Below the pieces are notes generated by a model. The model did not search any database. It was not told where the DNA came from and saw only the letters and a list, made by a program, of their open reading frames with translations. From Gammaproteobacteria bacterium (lineage in GTDB: Bacteria; Pseudomonadota; Gammaproteobacteria; Ga0077536): a stretch of 64,000 nucleotides of DNA. The stretch spans positions 109,781-173,780 of the forward strand of contig JAJFJQ010000035.1 in the NCBI GenBank assembly GCA_021773835.1, read 5' to 3'. Shown here one piece after another: positions 21,686 to 31,821 of the stretch; positions within the stretch are counted from its first letter, which is position 1; every line of letters starts with the position of its first letter. The position numbers and the translations under genes were made by a program.

Positions 21686-22903
21686 CTAGACGACTTGCCC
21701 CATCTTGAATATCGGCAGATACATTGCGATGACAAGGCCGCCAATTATTACGCCTAAAACGGCCATGATAAGCGGTTCTAGGAGACTCGTGAGCGCATCT
21801 ACGGCGTCGTCAACCTCTTGTTCGTACCAATCGGCAACTTTACTAAGCATGGCGTCGAGTGCCCCCGATTCCTCACCAATAGCGACCATTTGAACGACCA
21901 TATTAGGGAACAAATTCGTGTCGCGCATACTCACCTGGAGTTGCGTACCGGTCGCTATTTCATCGCGCATTTGCATGGTCGCTTCGTAGAACACAATATT
22001 ACCGCACGCTCCCGCCACGGAAGTCATCGCTTCGACCAATGGCGTGCCGGCAGAAAACATGGTGGCTAGTGTTCGCGCGAATCGTGCGATAGCAGATTTT
22101 TCTAAGATATCACCAATAATCGGGAGTTTTAGCATCATTCGATCAAGGAAATGAGCGAACTTCAAGGACCGCCGTTTTAGCTGTATTAAGCCGACCACAG
22201 TTCCGATGATTCCGCCTATTAGCACATACCAATATGCCTGAAACCAGATCGACATGTTGATGACCATCATCGTTAATGCCGGTAGATCGGCACCGAAGCC
22301 TGAGAATAACTCTTGGAATTGCGGGATAACGAATATCATTAAGATACATGTGATCACAAACGCAACGACGATAACTGCGACCGGGTAGAAAAGGGCGCCC
22401 TTTATTTTCGATTTTAGCGCCTCGGTTTTCTCCATGTACGTTGCAAGTTTGTGCAGAATTTCTTCTAGAATTCCGGCGTGTTCGCCTGCCGTTACGAGGT
22501 TCACATAGAGTTCATCGAATTGCCTTGGGTGTTTGCCCAATGCCTCATTCAGTGCGGTACCCGATTCCACGTCGCCCTTAACCGCGAGGATCAGCTCCTG
22601 CATAGCCTTATTTTCATGCCCTCTGCCGACTATCTCGAACGATTGCACTAGCGGAACGCCGGACGACATCATGGTCGCGAGTTGGCGGGAAAAAATCGTG
22701 ATGTCTTTGGTAGAGATTGATCCACCGGATGAAAATAGCGACTTAGGTTTTTTCTTAACCTTGAGCGGGTTGACGCCCTGACGACGTAGCGTCGCCTTGA
22801 TCAACGCATCGCTTTTTCCAGACATTTCGCCTTTAACGCGCTTACCATGGCGGTCGACGCCTTCCCAAACGAACATATCTGATTTAATGGTTGCTTCGGC
22901 CAT
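21686..22903 (-). CDS. pilC: Type IV pilus assembly platform protein PilC (GspF family)
   Basis: 405 aa with duplicated GspF-type domains and three TM segments. Lies between pilB and pilD. Confidence 0.92.
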   Translation of the reverse strand: MAEATIKSDMFVWEGVDRHGKRVKGEMSGKSDALIKATLRRQGVNPLKVKKKPKSLFSSGGSISTKDITIFSRQLATMMSSGVPLVQSFEIVGRGHENKAMQELILAVKGDVESGTALNEALGKHPRQFDELYVNLVTAGEHAGILEEILHKLATYMEKTEALKSKIKGALFYPVAVIVVAFVITCILMIFVIPQFQELFSGFGADLPALTMMVINMSIWFQAYWYVLIGGIIGTVVGLIQLKRRSLKFAHFLDRMMLKLPIIGDILEKSAIARFARTLATMFSAGTPLVEAMTSVAGACGNIVFYEATMQMRDEIATGTQLQVSMRDTNLFPNMVVQMVAIGEESGALDAMLSKVADWYEQEVDDAVDALTSLLEPLIMAVLGVIIGGLVIAMYLPIFKMGQVV

Positions 22904-22906
22904 GCT

Positions 22907-24625
22907 CTACTCCACTGTCACGCGGTTGATTTCCGCGAGGCTCGTAATGCTTGCTTTCGCCTTTGCCAGCCCCGACGTGCGGATATCCCAGATGCCTTCG
23001 GATGCAGCCTGGTCTGCCAATTGGACCGCATTGGCACCCTCGATGATGAGGCGCTTCATCGCGTCTGAGATTGGCATCACTTGGTAGATACCGCAGCGCC
23101 CTTTGTAACCGCTAGGGCAATCGACTCCGCCATCTCCAGGTGCGAATAACTTAATACCCGCGTCGACCTCTTCTTGTGAAAATCCTTCGTCAAGTAACGC
23201 TTCTGGAGGGATCTCAAGGGGCACCTTGTAATCTGGGTGAAGCCGGCGCGCGAGTCGTTGGCCAGTGATCAAGTTAATGGTGGTCGCCACCGCAAATGGT
23301 TGGATGCCCATATCTTGCAGACGCGTCAGCGTCTGCGGCCCATCGTTCGTATGCAAGGTAGACATCACCATATGGCCGGTTTGCGCGGCCTTGACGCCGA
23401 TCGACGCGGTTTCAAGATCGCGGATCTCGCCAACCAAGATAATGTCCGGATCCTGCCTAAGGAATGCCTTCAATGCTTTGGGAAAGGTCATGCCGGTACG
23501 CTCATCGACCTGTACTTGGTTTACCCCTGGAAGATTAATTTCAACCGGATCCTCAGCTGTGGAAATATTGATGTCGACCTGGTTTAGGATATTGATGCCA
23601 GTATAAAGTGACACCGTTTTGCCACTACCTGTAGGCCCGGTAACGAGAAACATTCCGTAGGGTTTGTGGAGGTTCTGTAAGAACGCTTCCTTCTGAAAAT
23701 CTTCGTATCCGAGTTGATCGATTTGCAGCTTTGCAGCATCCGAATCGAGGATACGCATGACCGTTTTTTCACCGTACATTGTCGGACAGGTGCTAACGCG
23801 GAAGTCGATCGCCTTGGTTTTAGACAGTTTTAATTTTATCCGACCATCTTGCGGCACGCGTCGCTCGGAGACGTCGAGTCGCGACATGACCTTGATTCTC
23901 GCTGCAATCTTGCTCGACAGTGCCAGTGGCGGTTTTGCGATTTCTTCGAGCACACCGTCGATACGAAAGCGCACGCGATAGGACTTCTCGTACGGTTCGA
24001 AATGCAAATCGGAGGCACCTTTCTTGATCGCGTCAAGTAGTACCTTGTTGACAAACCGAACGACTGGGGCGTCGTCCACCTCCGAGTCGTCTTGTTGCTC
24101 CTGTTCATCTGCACCGAGTTCTAGATCGTCGAGGTTCTCAAAATCAGAATCCTCCATGTCGCCAAGACCACCGTCGGCTGCTTCCATTGCCCTATCGATA
24201 GCCTTGGCGAGCTTGTCTTCTTCGATCACTACCGCTTCGGTATTGGCCCCAATGTGGAACTTGATTTCGTCAAGTGCTTGGAGGTTAGTTGGGTCTGAGA
24301 CGCCAATGTAGACGCGATTCCCCCGCCTGAACAAAGGCAATGCGTGGTGCTTCTGGATCATGTCCGTGCTGACGAGCTTGAGCACCTCGTTATCCAGTTC
24401 CATCGACTCGATATCTAGGATCGGTACCCCAAATTCTTGTGACGCCGCCTGGGCAATGACCTTGGCAGTACTGATATTGTTGTCGACTAGATATTTTACG
24501 AAGGGGAGCTTGCTACTGACTGCTTCCTGGAAAGCGTCGTGGGCTGAGGCCTCGTCAAGCAAGCCGTCCGCTACTAGTTTTCGAGCAAGCCCGCTTAAGG
24601 GTACCCGGTTACTCGATACCGCCAT
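22907..24625 (-). CDS. pilB: Type IV pilus assembly (extension) ATPase PilB (GspE family)
   Basis: 572 aa with Walker A GPTGSGKT, Asp/His boxes, and the tetracysteine CPSGYKGRCGIYQ typical of PilB/GspE. N-terminal N1/N2 domains are present. Confidence 0.95.
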   Translation of the reverse strand: MAVSSNRVPLSGLARKLVADGLLDEASAHDAFQEAVSSKLPFVKYLVDNNISTAKVIAQAASQEFGVPILDIESMELDNEVLKLVSTDMIQKHHALPLFRRGNRVYIGVSDPTNLQALDEIKFHIGANTEAVVIEEDKLAKAIDRAMEAADGGLGDMEDSDFENLDDLELGADEQEQQDDSEVDDAPVVRFVNKVLLDAIKKGASDLHFEPYEKSYRVRFRIDGVLEEIAKPPLALSSKIAARIKVMSRLDVSERRVPQDGRIKLKLSKTKAIDFRVSTCPTMYGEKTVMRILDSDAAKLQIDQLGYEDFQKEAFLQNLHKPYGMFLVTGPTGSGKTVSLYTGINILNQVDINISTAEDPVEINLPGVNQVQVDERTGMTFPKALKAFLRQDPDIILVGEIRDLETASIGVKAAQTGHMVMSTLHTNDGPQTLTRLQDMGIQPFAVATTINLITGQRLARRLHPDYKVPLEIPPEALLDEGFSQEEVDAGIKLFAPGDGGVDCPSGYKGRCGIYQVMPISDAMKRLIIEGANAVQLADQAASEGIWDIRTSGLAKAKASITSLAEINRVTVE

Positions 24626-24884
24626 TGTTGAAGTGCCTTTATTTTATGGGACTATTCCAGCCAAAATGGTAGATGAAATGCCGGTAAATAGCTACTGTAG
24701 CGACAGATTTCCGTGCGGCCTTAGCGGAAATTTTCCCGCTTCTCCGGCACTGCCGGGGCGGTGGTTTGCGGTTAGGGAGGGACCGCCTAGCGAGGCATTC
24801 GCGACCTGCGCGACAACTCTGAGGGCCACATGCGCCAGCTACAGCACGAGTCGCGAGCGCAGCGGCTGGCCGCCGTGGTCCACA

Positions 24885-27479
24885 TCAAGCAGCGTCTGCG
24901 GTCTTGCCGGTAAAGGAATACTCTCCGCTATCGGTGACATCGACATGGATGACCTCGCCGGCACGGAAATTGCCCTCCAGGAGCCCTTGCGCGAGCGGCG
25001 TTTCGATCAGCGTTTGGATGGCGCGTTTGAGGGGGCGTGCGCCATAGACCGGGTCGAAACCGGTTTCCCCCAATCGGTCGAGGGCGCGCATAGACAACTC
25101 GAGATTCAAATCTTGCTCGATCAGGCGCTGGCGCAGAAATTCAATTTGCAGCTCCGCGATCGCTCGAATTTGCTCCTGCTTTAGCGAATGAAAAACAACC
25201 AATTCGTCGATCCGATTGATAAACTCGGGTCGAAAGCTGCTCCGGACAACCTCCATAACTGCCTCGCGCATCCGCTCGTAATCGCTGTCATCGGCCATAT
25301 CGTGAATCGAATCCGAGCCAAGGTTGGACGTCATCACGATGACAGTATTTCTGAAATCCACGGTACGCCCGTGACCGTCGGTCAGGCGGCCGTCATCGAG
25401 CACTTGCAACAAGATGTTGAACACCTCTGGGTGTGCTTTTTCTATTTCGTCCAGTAGCAATACTGCGTACGGCCGCCGTCTTACCGTTTCCGTCAGATAG
25501 CCCCCTTCCTCGTAACCGACGTAGCCAGGAGGCGCTCCGATGAGTCGTGCTACGGCGTGTTTCTCCATGTATTCAGACATGTCGATACGAACCAGTGCCT
25601 CTTCGGAGTCGAACAAGAATTCTGCGAGGGCTTTACTAAGCTCGGTTTTACCGACACCCGTCGGACCTAAGAAGAGAAATGATCCGTTAGGACGTTCTGG
25701 ATCTGCGAGGCCGGCGCGCGAACGTCTGATCGCATTGGCAACCGCAGTTACGGCTTCTTCCTGCCCAATTACCCGTGCGTGCAGCGCTTGTTCCATGCGC
25801 AGAAGTTTGTCGCGTTCACCTTCCAACATGCGCGAGACGGGAATGCCGGTCCACTTGGATACCACTTCTGCGATTTCTTCGTCGGTCACGCGGTTACGCA
25901 ATAGCCTCATTTCGCGACTCTCTGCCGCACTTGCAGACTCTAAGCGTTTCTCCAACTCCGGTATCACGCCGTATTGCAATTCGGACATTCGGGTTAAATC
26001 GCCCGCACGTTTTGCATTATCGAATTCCAGGCGAACGCGCTCCAGTTCCGACTGAATATGCTGTGTGCCTTGTAACGTGGCCTTTTCAGCACGCCAGATT
26101 TCATCTAAATCTGCGAATTCTTTTTCAACTGCCTCGAGTTGCGTATCAAGGTCGCCAAGCCGTTTTTTCGACGCTTCGTCGGATTCCTTGCGCAGGGCTT
26201 CACGTTCAATCTTCAGTTGGATCACGCGGCGTTCTAGACGATCCATTTCTTCTGGCTTGGAGTCTATTTCGATGCTTATACGGCTGGCCGCTTCGTCGAT
26301 GAGATCGATCGCCTTGTCCGGCAGTTGTCGGTCGGTAATGTAGCGGTACGATAATTTTGCGGCGGCAATGATGGCGGGATCGGTGATTTCGACGCCATGA
26401 TGAACGGCATAGCGCTCCTTCAGGCCGCGTAGGATCGCGACGGTATCCTCGATCGACGGCTCCTCCACCATCACTTTTTGAAAACGGCGTTCGAGTGCGG
26501 CGTCCTTTTCAACGTTTTGTCGGTATTCATCCAAGGTTGTAGCGCCGACACAGTGTAATTCACCGCGCGCTAGAGCAGGCTTTAACATGTTCCCTGCGTC
26601 CATAGCCCCCTCGGCCTTGCCGGCGCCAACCATGGTGTGCATTTCATCGATAAAAAGAACTATTTGACCTTCCTGCTTGGCTAAATCGTTGAGCACCGCT
26701 TTAAGTCGTTCTTCGAATTCGCCGCGATATTTAGCGCCGGCAATTAGCGCACCCAAGTCGAGAGACAAGACCCGTTTGTTCTTCAATCCGTCCGGTACCT
26801 CGCCGTTAACAATGCGTTGTGCGAGGCCCTCCACGATCGCAGTCTTACCCACCCCGGGTTCGCCAATGAGCACCGGGTTATTTTTAGTTCTGCGCTGCAG
26901 AACCTGTATCGTGCGGCGGATTTCTTCGTCGCGTCCAATCACCGGATCAAGCTTTCCTTGTTCTGCTCTAGCGGTAAGATCGATGGTGAATTTTTCGAGC
27001 GCTTGGCGATTCTCTTCCGCATTTGGGTCGTCAATCTTCTCGCCGCCCCGCACCGCCTCGATCGCCTCGGTTATACGGTCCTCCGTGAGTCCAACCGCCT
27101 TCATGATTCGGCCTAATTCGCCACCGTCTTGCAGTGCTGCGACGACAAATAATTCGCTTGATATGTAAGAGTCGTCGCGCTGTTGCGCAAGTTTGTCGGT
27201 TAGGTTTAGAACTCTTACGAGCTCATTCGATGGGTGGACGTCGCCACCTGCACCCTCAACCTTTGCCAGGCGATCCATGGTTTGCCCGAGCTTGGAGCGT
27301 AAGGCGTTGACATCACCTCCGGCATTGATCAGCAGATGGCGAACCGTTCCGCCTTCTGCGTCGAGCATTGCGCTTAGAACATGTACCGGTTCAATAAATT
27401 GATGATCCATGCCAAGCGCCAGGCTCTGGGCATCGGCCAATGCCTGCTGGAATTTGTTCGTCATTCTGTCCGCTCGCAT
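24885..27479 (-). CDS. clpB: Disaggregase chaperone ClpB
   Basis: ORF 24885..27482 has a GTG followed by an ATG at 27479 ([11 protein letters not shown]...). Colinear with E. coli ClpB, including both AAA+ modules ([16 protein letters not shown]) and the middle coiled-coil. Confidence 0.97.
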   Translation of the reverse strand: MRADRMTNKFQQALADAQSLALGMDHQFIEPVHVLSAMLDAEGGTVRHLLINAGGDVNALRSKLGQTMDRLAKVEGAGGDVHPSNELVRVLNLTDKLAQQRDDSYISSELFVVAALQDGGELGRIMKAVGLTEDRITEAIEAVRGGEKIDDPNAEENRQALEKFTIDLTARAEQGKLDPVIGRDEEIRRTIQVLQRRTKNNPVLIGEPGVGKTAIVEGLAQRIVNGEVPDGLKNKRVLSLDLGALIAGAKYRGEFEERLKAVLNDLAKQEGQIVLFIDEMHTMVGAGKAEGAMDAGNMLKPALARGELHCVGATTLDEYRQNVEKDAALERRFQKVMVEEPSIEDTVAILRGLKERYAVHHGVEITDPAIIAAAKLSYRYITDRQLPDKAIDLIDEAASRISIEIDSKPEEMDRLERRVIQLKIEREALRKESDEASKKRLGDLDTQLEAVEKEFADLDEIWRAEKATLQGTQHIQSELERVRLEFDNAKRAGDLTRMSELQYGVIPELEKRLESASAAESREMRLLRNRVTDEEIAEVVSKWTGIPVSRMLEGERDKLLRMEQALHARVIGQEEAVTAVANAIRRSRAGLADPERPNGSFLFLGPTGVGKTELSKALAEFLFDSEEALVRIDMSEYMEKHAVARLIGAPPGYVGYEEGGYLTETVRRRPYAVLLLDEIEKAHPEVFNILLQVLDDGRLTDGHGRTVDFRNTVIVMTSNLGSDSIHDMADDSDYERMREAVMEVVRSSFRPEFINRIDELVVFHSLKQEQIRAIAELQIEFLRQRLIEQDLNLELSMRALDRLGETGFDPVYGARPLKRAIQTLIETPLAQGLLEGNFRAGEVIHVDVTDSGEYSFTGKTADAA

Positions 27480-27516
27480 CACAATATCCTATTCACCAAT
27501 AGTCGGTTATGTAGAG

Positions 27517-27545
27517 TAGATGGGGGCTTTGGCGTTTGAATCAAG
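27517..27545 (-). promoter_or_regulatory. Sigma32 (heat-shock) type promoter upstream of clpB
   Basis: On the clpB-sense strand: CTTGATT, then 12 nt, then CCCCCATCTA, about 37 nt upstream of the clpB ATG. This is a close match to the sigma32 consensus CTTGAAA-N13-15-CCCCATNT. Confidence 0.65.
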
Positions 27546-27607
27546 CGATTCGACGTAATTTACTAAATTCCGATAAATGGGTTCCGGGCGGTGTGCGAAT
27601 TGGCAGG

Positions 27608-29032
27608 CTAGTAGACACCGATATCGAGGTACGAACGGGCGATCTTCTTGATTGCTACGGCGTAGGCGGCAGTGCGGAAATCCGAGATTTTATCGTTGCT
27701 ATGAAGCTCTTCGCTGATCTGCTGATAGCTAAGACGCATCGTGTCGTCTAATCCAGATCGCACCAAATCCAACTCGTCCGCGCCGCGCACTAACTCATCG
27801 CGCACGATGTCGGGTAGCTTACTTCCGGTCATCGATTCGAGTGCTTGTGCCATATGTTGGCCGCGCATTTCATCATATCGTCGCTCCATGCGCCCAAAGC
27901 GAATATGGGCCAAATTTCTTATCCATTCGAAATATGAAACGGTTACTCCGCCGGCGTTAACGAAAGCGTCTGGTAGTACCACGACGCCGCGTTGATTTAG
28001 GATATCGTCGCCCTCGAATGTGATGGGCCCGTTGGCCGCCTCACAGACAATGGCGGCCTTTATGTTGGCGGCATTCGCGGCGGTAATCTGACCTTCGAGT
28101 GCCGCCGGAATGAGAATGTCGCAGTCGAGTTCAAGCACGCTGAGTCCGTCTTCGAAATATTTCGACTCGCCGAACCCTGCGACGCCACCGGACTCGACTA
28201 GGTGTGTGTAGACCGCCTGAATATCGAGTCCCGATTCGTCGATTATCGCGCCGTCGCGTTCGATGACCGCGATGATTATTGCGCCATCTTCTTCCTGTAA
28301 AATCTTCGTTGCGTGATAGCCAACGTTGCCTAGCCCCTGTACAACGATACGTTTGCCTTCTAGATTCCCGGACAAACCAGCCGCATCAAGATCCTCTCGA
28401 TGCCGAAAAAATTCGCGCAGTGCGAACACTGTACCGCGCCCAGTCGCTTCAACGCGGCCTCGAATGCCGCCGTGCGCGACGGGCTTTCCAGTTACGCAAG
28501 CAGCGTGATTGATATCTTCAGGATTGAGCGTCCGGTAGGTGTCCATCATCCACGCCATTTCCCGCTCGCCGGTTCCCATGTCCGGTGCAGGCACGTTGGT
28601 CGCCGGGCTTAGGAAACCTTTGCGGACTAATTCACGAGTAAAGCGCCGCGTGATGAGCTGCATTTCCGATCGCTCATATTGTCGTGGGTCGATAAGCAAA
28701 CCGCCCTTGGAACCGCCAAACGGCACGTCCACGATCGCGCATTTGTATGTCATCAACGCGGCCAGGGCTTCAACCTCGTCTTGGTTCACAATCGGAGCGA
28801 AGCGGATACCGCCCTTGGAGGGTAGTCGATGGGCTGAGTGAACCGCCCGCCATCCGGTGAAGGTTTCTATCTTGCCGCGGATTTCGACCGGAAAACGTAC
28901 CTGCAGGACCGCGTCACAGCTTTTAATCGCGCCTGCAACGCCGCTATCAAGTCCGAGCGCATCGAATGCGCGCTCAGCCATATTTGCCACGCTTTCGCTA
29001 AATGACCACTGTTTAGTCGTCGACATCGTCAC
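27608..29032 (-). CDS. gdhA: Glutamate dehydrogenase (Glu/Leu/Phe/Val dehydrogenase family)
   Basis: 474 aa with the catalytic Lys region (GGSKGG), the Rossmann nucleotide-binding GLGNVG motif, and overall ELFV-dehydrogenase architecture. Confidence 0.85.
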   Translation of the reverse strand: MTMSTTKQWSFSESVANMAERAFDALGLDSGVAGAIKSCDAVLQVRFPVEIRGKIETFTGWRAVHSAHRLPSKGGIRFAPIVNQDEVEALAALMTYKCAIVDVPFGGSKGGLLIDPRQYERSEMQLITRRFTRELVRKGFLSPATNVPAPDMGTGEREMAWMMDTYRTLNPEDINHAACVTGKPVAHGGIRGRVEATGRGTVFALREFFRHREDLDAAGLSGNLEGKRIVVQGLGNVGYHATKILQEEDGAIIIAVIERDGAIIDESGLDIQAVYTHLVESGGVAGFGESKYFEDGLSVLELDCDILIPAALEGQITAANAANIKAAIVCEAANGPITFEGDDILNQRGVVVLPDAFVNAGGVTVSYFEWIRNLAHIRFGRMERRYDEMRGQHMAQALESMTGSKLPDIVRDELVRGADELDLVRSGLDDTMRLSYQQISEELHSNDKISDFRTAAYAVAIKKIARSYLDIGVY

Positions 29033-29181
29033 TCCCCCTAACTAGCGCCGGCAATTGGTCGTTGCCTGCGCTGTTTCCAATCTGCCCGTACAGATTACGG
29101 CCTTTTGAACTAGTTTATCGGTTAGAAAGCAATAAACTGTTGATTCCAATTGCGCGCGCACGTAATCCGTTGCGCTGTATT

Positions 29182-29916
29182 CTATGTGCCGGAATCAATC
29201 CATACGAGCGTTGCCATGCGCCCGGTGGCGCCATCCCGGCGATAAGAGTAGAACCGATCCGTCTCGTTAAACGTACAGCCGTCGTAGCTAGTCACATTTT
29301 CGACGCCGAGTAACCGAAGGCGACGCTCGGCGATCGCATACAGATCTGCGTGCCATTGTCCGTTGTGATAATGAAACGCACTATGGAATGCCTCATTGGC
29401 GAACAAGAATCGGCGTCGAAACGTGGGGTCGACCCGATACGCATCTCGACCGATCCCAGGGCCGATCCAAGCGATCAGGTGCGCGGCCGGTGTCGAGAAC
29501 TTTTTTATACTCGATTCCACTACGCCATGTAACAATCCTCTCCAGCCCGCGTGCACCGCGGCAACTTCGGTCGCGCGTTCGTCGCAGATCACAATCGGAA
29601 GGCAGTCGGCCGTTAATATTCCACAGACCTGGTCGGGTACACTGGTGTATACCGCATCCGCTTCGGTGTCGAACGAGGATTTTATGTCGGTAGCATTGAC
29701 TGTTCGCGTACCGTGGACTTGGCGTAACCAGCGCGGTAAATGCGGCAAGCTACCGATCGTGGAGTGGTGAATCCGCTCGGTAGCATCGCCGCCATCGGTA
29801 AGGCTTGAATCTAAACTTTGCGCGCCTAGCGGTCCGCTATTGGACCAACCGTCGCGGGTCGTCGTGAAAGCGCGAATGCCAAAGCTACTGTCCCAGCTCG
29901 GTGCTACAACGTCCAT
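29182..29916 (-). CDS. pgeF: Laccase-domain / purine nucleoside phosphorylase-type protein PgeF (YfiH, DUF152)
   Basis: 244 aa in conserved synteny (bamD > < rluD < yfiH < ... < clpB). His/Cys motif GWRGLLHG. Confidence 0.8.
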   Translation of the reverse strand: MDVVAPSWDSSFGIRAFTTTRDGWSNSGPLGAQSLDSSLTDGGDATERIHHSTIGSLPHLPRWLRQVHGTRTVNATDIKSSFDTEADAVYTSVPDQVCGILTADCLPIVICDERATEVAAVHAGWRGLLHGVVESSIKKFSTPAAHLIAWIGPGIGRDAYRVDPTFRRRFLFANEAFHSAFHYHNGQWHADLYAIAERRLRLLGVENVTSYDGCTFNETDRFYSYRRDGATGRMATLVWIDSGT

Positions 29917-29919
29917 TGA

Positions 29920-30882
29920 TCAACGGCCGGCGCCAGCAAGGTCCGCCGCGCAGGATTCAAGTAGCTGACTAAAATCGCGCGGTAGTGGACTTTCGAGGTC
30001 GATCATGTGGGATTTCGTCGGATGCTCGAATTGCAAGCGTCGCGCGTGCAGCGCCTGACGGCCAAAGTCCCGCATGCAATTTTCTAGACGTGAGCTTGGC
30101 CCGGGTGGCAACACTAAACGCCATCCGTATCGAGTGTCGCCGACGATTGGGTGTCCCAAGTGCGCCAGATGGACCCGGATTTGGTGTGTTCGGCCGGTTT
30201 CCAGCGTCACTTCAAGATGGGTGTGGGCACGAAATCGCGCTGCGATCCGGTAATGGGTTATCGCGCTTCGCCCATCTCCGCGCACCGTCATGCGTGTTCG
30301 ATGAGCTGGGTCGCGGCCAATTGGCTCGTTAACCGTGCCGCCGGCGACGAATCGCCCGTTGCAAAGCGCTGCGTAGACGCGTCTTATTTCGCGCGCCGCC
30401 ATGGCACGGACAAGTTGTTGGTATGCATGGCTCGTACGCGCAACGATAAGCAGCCCTGAGGTATTCTTATCGAGGCGGTGGACGAGCCCAGCGCGTGGTA
30501 GTGCCGCCAATTCCGGAAATCGGTAGAGCAAACCGTTTACAAGTGTTTGTCCCGAATTTCCGGCACCTGGATGCACAACGCAGCCTGCCGGTTTGTCGAC
30601 AACGAGGCAGGCTTCATCAGAGTGCACGATCTTAAAGTCAACAAGCTCCGGTATTAAATCTCGGCTACCTTCAAGCACGGCGGTTAAGCGAACGGTATCT
30701 CCGGGTTTAACCGCATCGCGTGGTCGGCATGGTTCGGAATTCAAGGTGACACGGCCGGCATCGATCCATCCCTTGAGCAAAGTGCGCGAGTAATCCGTGA
30801 ATAGCTTAGCGAGTGCTTGATCTAGACGCATACCGGCTTCTGCATCTGTGATCTCCGCATGGTGATGACGAACTTCGCTCAT
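29920..30882 (-). CDS. rluD: 23S rRNA pseudouridine synthase RluD
   Basis: ORF 29920..30930. ATG at 30882 gives MSEVRHHH...GMRLDQALAKLF, matching the RluD S4-domain N-terminus. Catalytic HRLDKNTSGLL motif. Upstream alternative start at 30930. Confidence 0.88.
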   Translation of the reverse strand: MSEVRHHHAEITDAEAGMRLDQALAKLFTDYSRTLLKGWIDAGRVTLNSEPCRPRDAVKPGDTVRLTAVLEGSRDLIPELVDFKIVHSDEACLVVDKPAGCVVHPGAGNSGQTLVNGLLYRFPELAALPRAGLVHRLDKNTSGLLIVARTSHAYQQLVRAMAAREIRRVYAALCNGRFVAGGTVNEPIGRDPAHRTRMTVRGDGRSAITHYRIAARFRAHTHLEVTLETGRTHQIRVHLAHLGHPIVGDTRYGWRLVLPPGPSSRLENCMRDFGRQALHARRLQFEHPTKSHMIDLESPLPRDFSQLLESCAADLAGAGR

Positions 30883-30967
30883 AAGTAGCGCTCTAAAGGC
30901 CCGGTTTATGCACCGACGATTGGTGCACACAAATACTTAGTCATACAATAGCTGGAACTCGTGCAAT

Positions 30968-31819
30968 TTGGATCCCATGAACAAAAACTCGCTTACCTTA
31001 ACGCTGACACAACCACGGCGATCTCGCCAATTGCGGCGCCTAGTAATAGTTCTGACCTTGATTGCCGCGCTTGCCATAACGGGCGGCTGCGGAATATTCG
31101 GTCAACAAGATGAGGACGAGCTGCCGGAAAACTGGCCCGAGGAGAAGCTCTATTTAGCAGCTAAGGACGCGCTTGCGTCCGGGCAGTGTGGCGGCGCAAT
31201 CGAGCACTACGAGCGTTTACAAACGCGCTACCCGTTTGGACCTTACGCTGCTCAAGCACAGCTTGAGTTGGCCTATTGCCATTATAAGAATGAAGATCCA
31301 GCCTCTGCGCTAGGTGCGGTCGATAGGTTCTTACAGTTAAACCCAACGCACGTGCACACTGACTACGCCTATTATCTGCGTGGTTTAACCAATTTTAATA
31401 TCGGACGCGGTCTCACGTCTCGCGTTATCGCACGCGACCCGTCGCAGCGGGATCCAGGAGCCGCGCTCACGGCATTCAAGGATTTTTCGACCTTGGTCCA
31501 GGAATTTCCCAAGAGTCGATATGTTGACGATGCTGCGCTTAGAATGCGCCACCTTCGGAACATACTGGCGCAACACGAAGTCAATGTAGCGAACTTCTAT
31601 ATGCGCCGTGGTGCGTTCGTCGCAGCCGCGAACCGCGCTCGCAATGTGGTTGAAAATTTCCAACAGACGCCTGCGATGCCGGAAGCGCTCGTGCTCCTGG
31701 CCAAATCGTATAAAGTTTTGGAAATGAACCAACTGTCTAACGACGCGTTGCGCGTACTCGAACTAAACTACCCTAATCACCCCGGCATCGAGGAAGTGAA
31801 TAAAACGGCGGTTCGATAA
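30968..31819 (+). CDS. bamD: Outer membrane protein assembly factor BamD (YfiO/ComL)
   Basis: 283 aa with a signal peptide ending ...ITGGCG (lipoprotein-like) and TPR-like repeats. Colinear with E. coli BamD (RYPFGPYAAQAQLELAYCHYKNED, LNPTHV..DYAYYLRGLTN). Confidence 0.88.
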   Translation: MDPMNKNSLTLTLTQPRRSRQLRRLVIVLTLIAALAITGGCGIFGQQDEDELPENWPEEKLYLAAKDALASGQCGGAIEHYERLQTRYPFGPYAAQAQLELAYCHYKNEDPASALGAVDRFLQLNPTHVHTDYAYYLRGLTNFNIGRGLTSRVIARDPSQRDPGAALTAFKDFSTLVQEFPKSRYVDDAALRMRHLRNILAQHEVNVANFYMRRGAFVAAANRARNVVENFQQTPAMPEALVLLAKSYKVLEMNQLSNDALRVLELNYPNHPGIEEVNKTAVR

Positions 31820-31821
31820 CG

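Noticed and set aside
24360-25184. 274-aa + strand ORF spanning the pilB 5' end, the pilB-clpB intergenic region and the clpB 3' end.
   Set aside because: The Ser/Ala-rich low-complexity product overlaps two well-supported genes in antisense. No start context or domain features.
25188-27168. Several 80-175 aa ORFs on the + strand (25188..25457, 25540..26055, 25775..26302, 26065..26343, 26677..27168).
   Set aside because: All lie antisense inside the strongly supported clpB gene. They are low-complexity (Ser/Arg/Ala-rich) translations typical of the opposite strand of a GC-biased gene.
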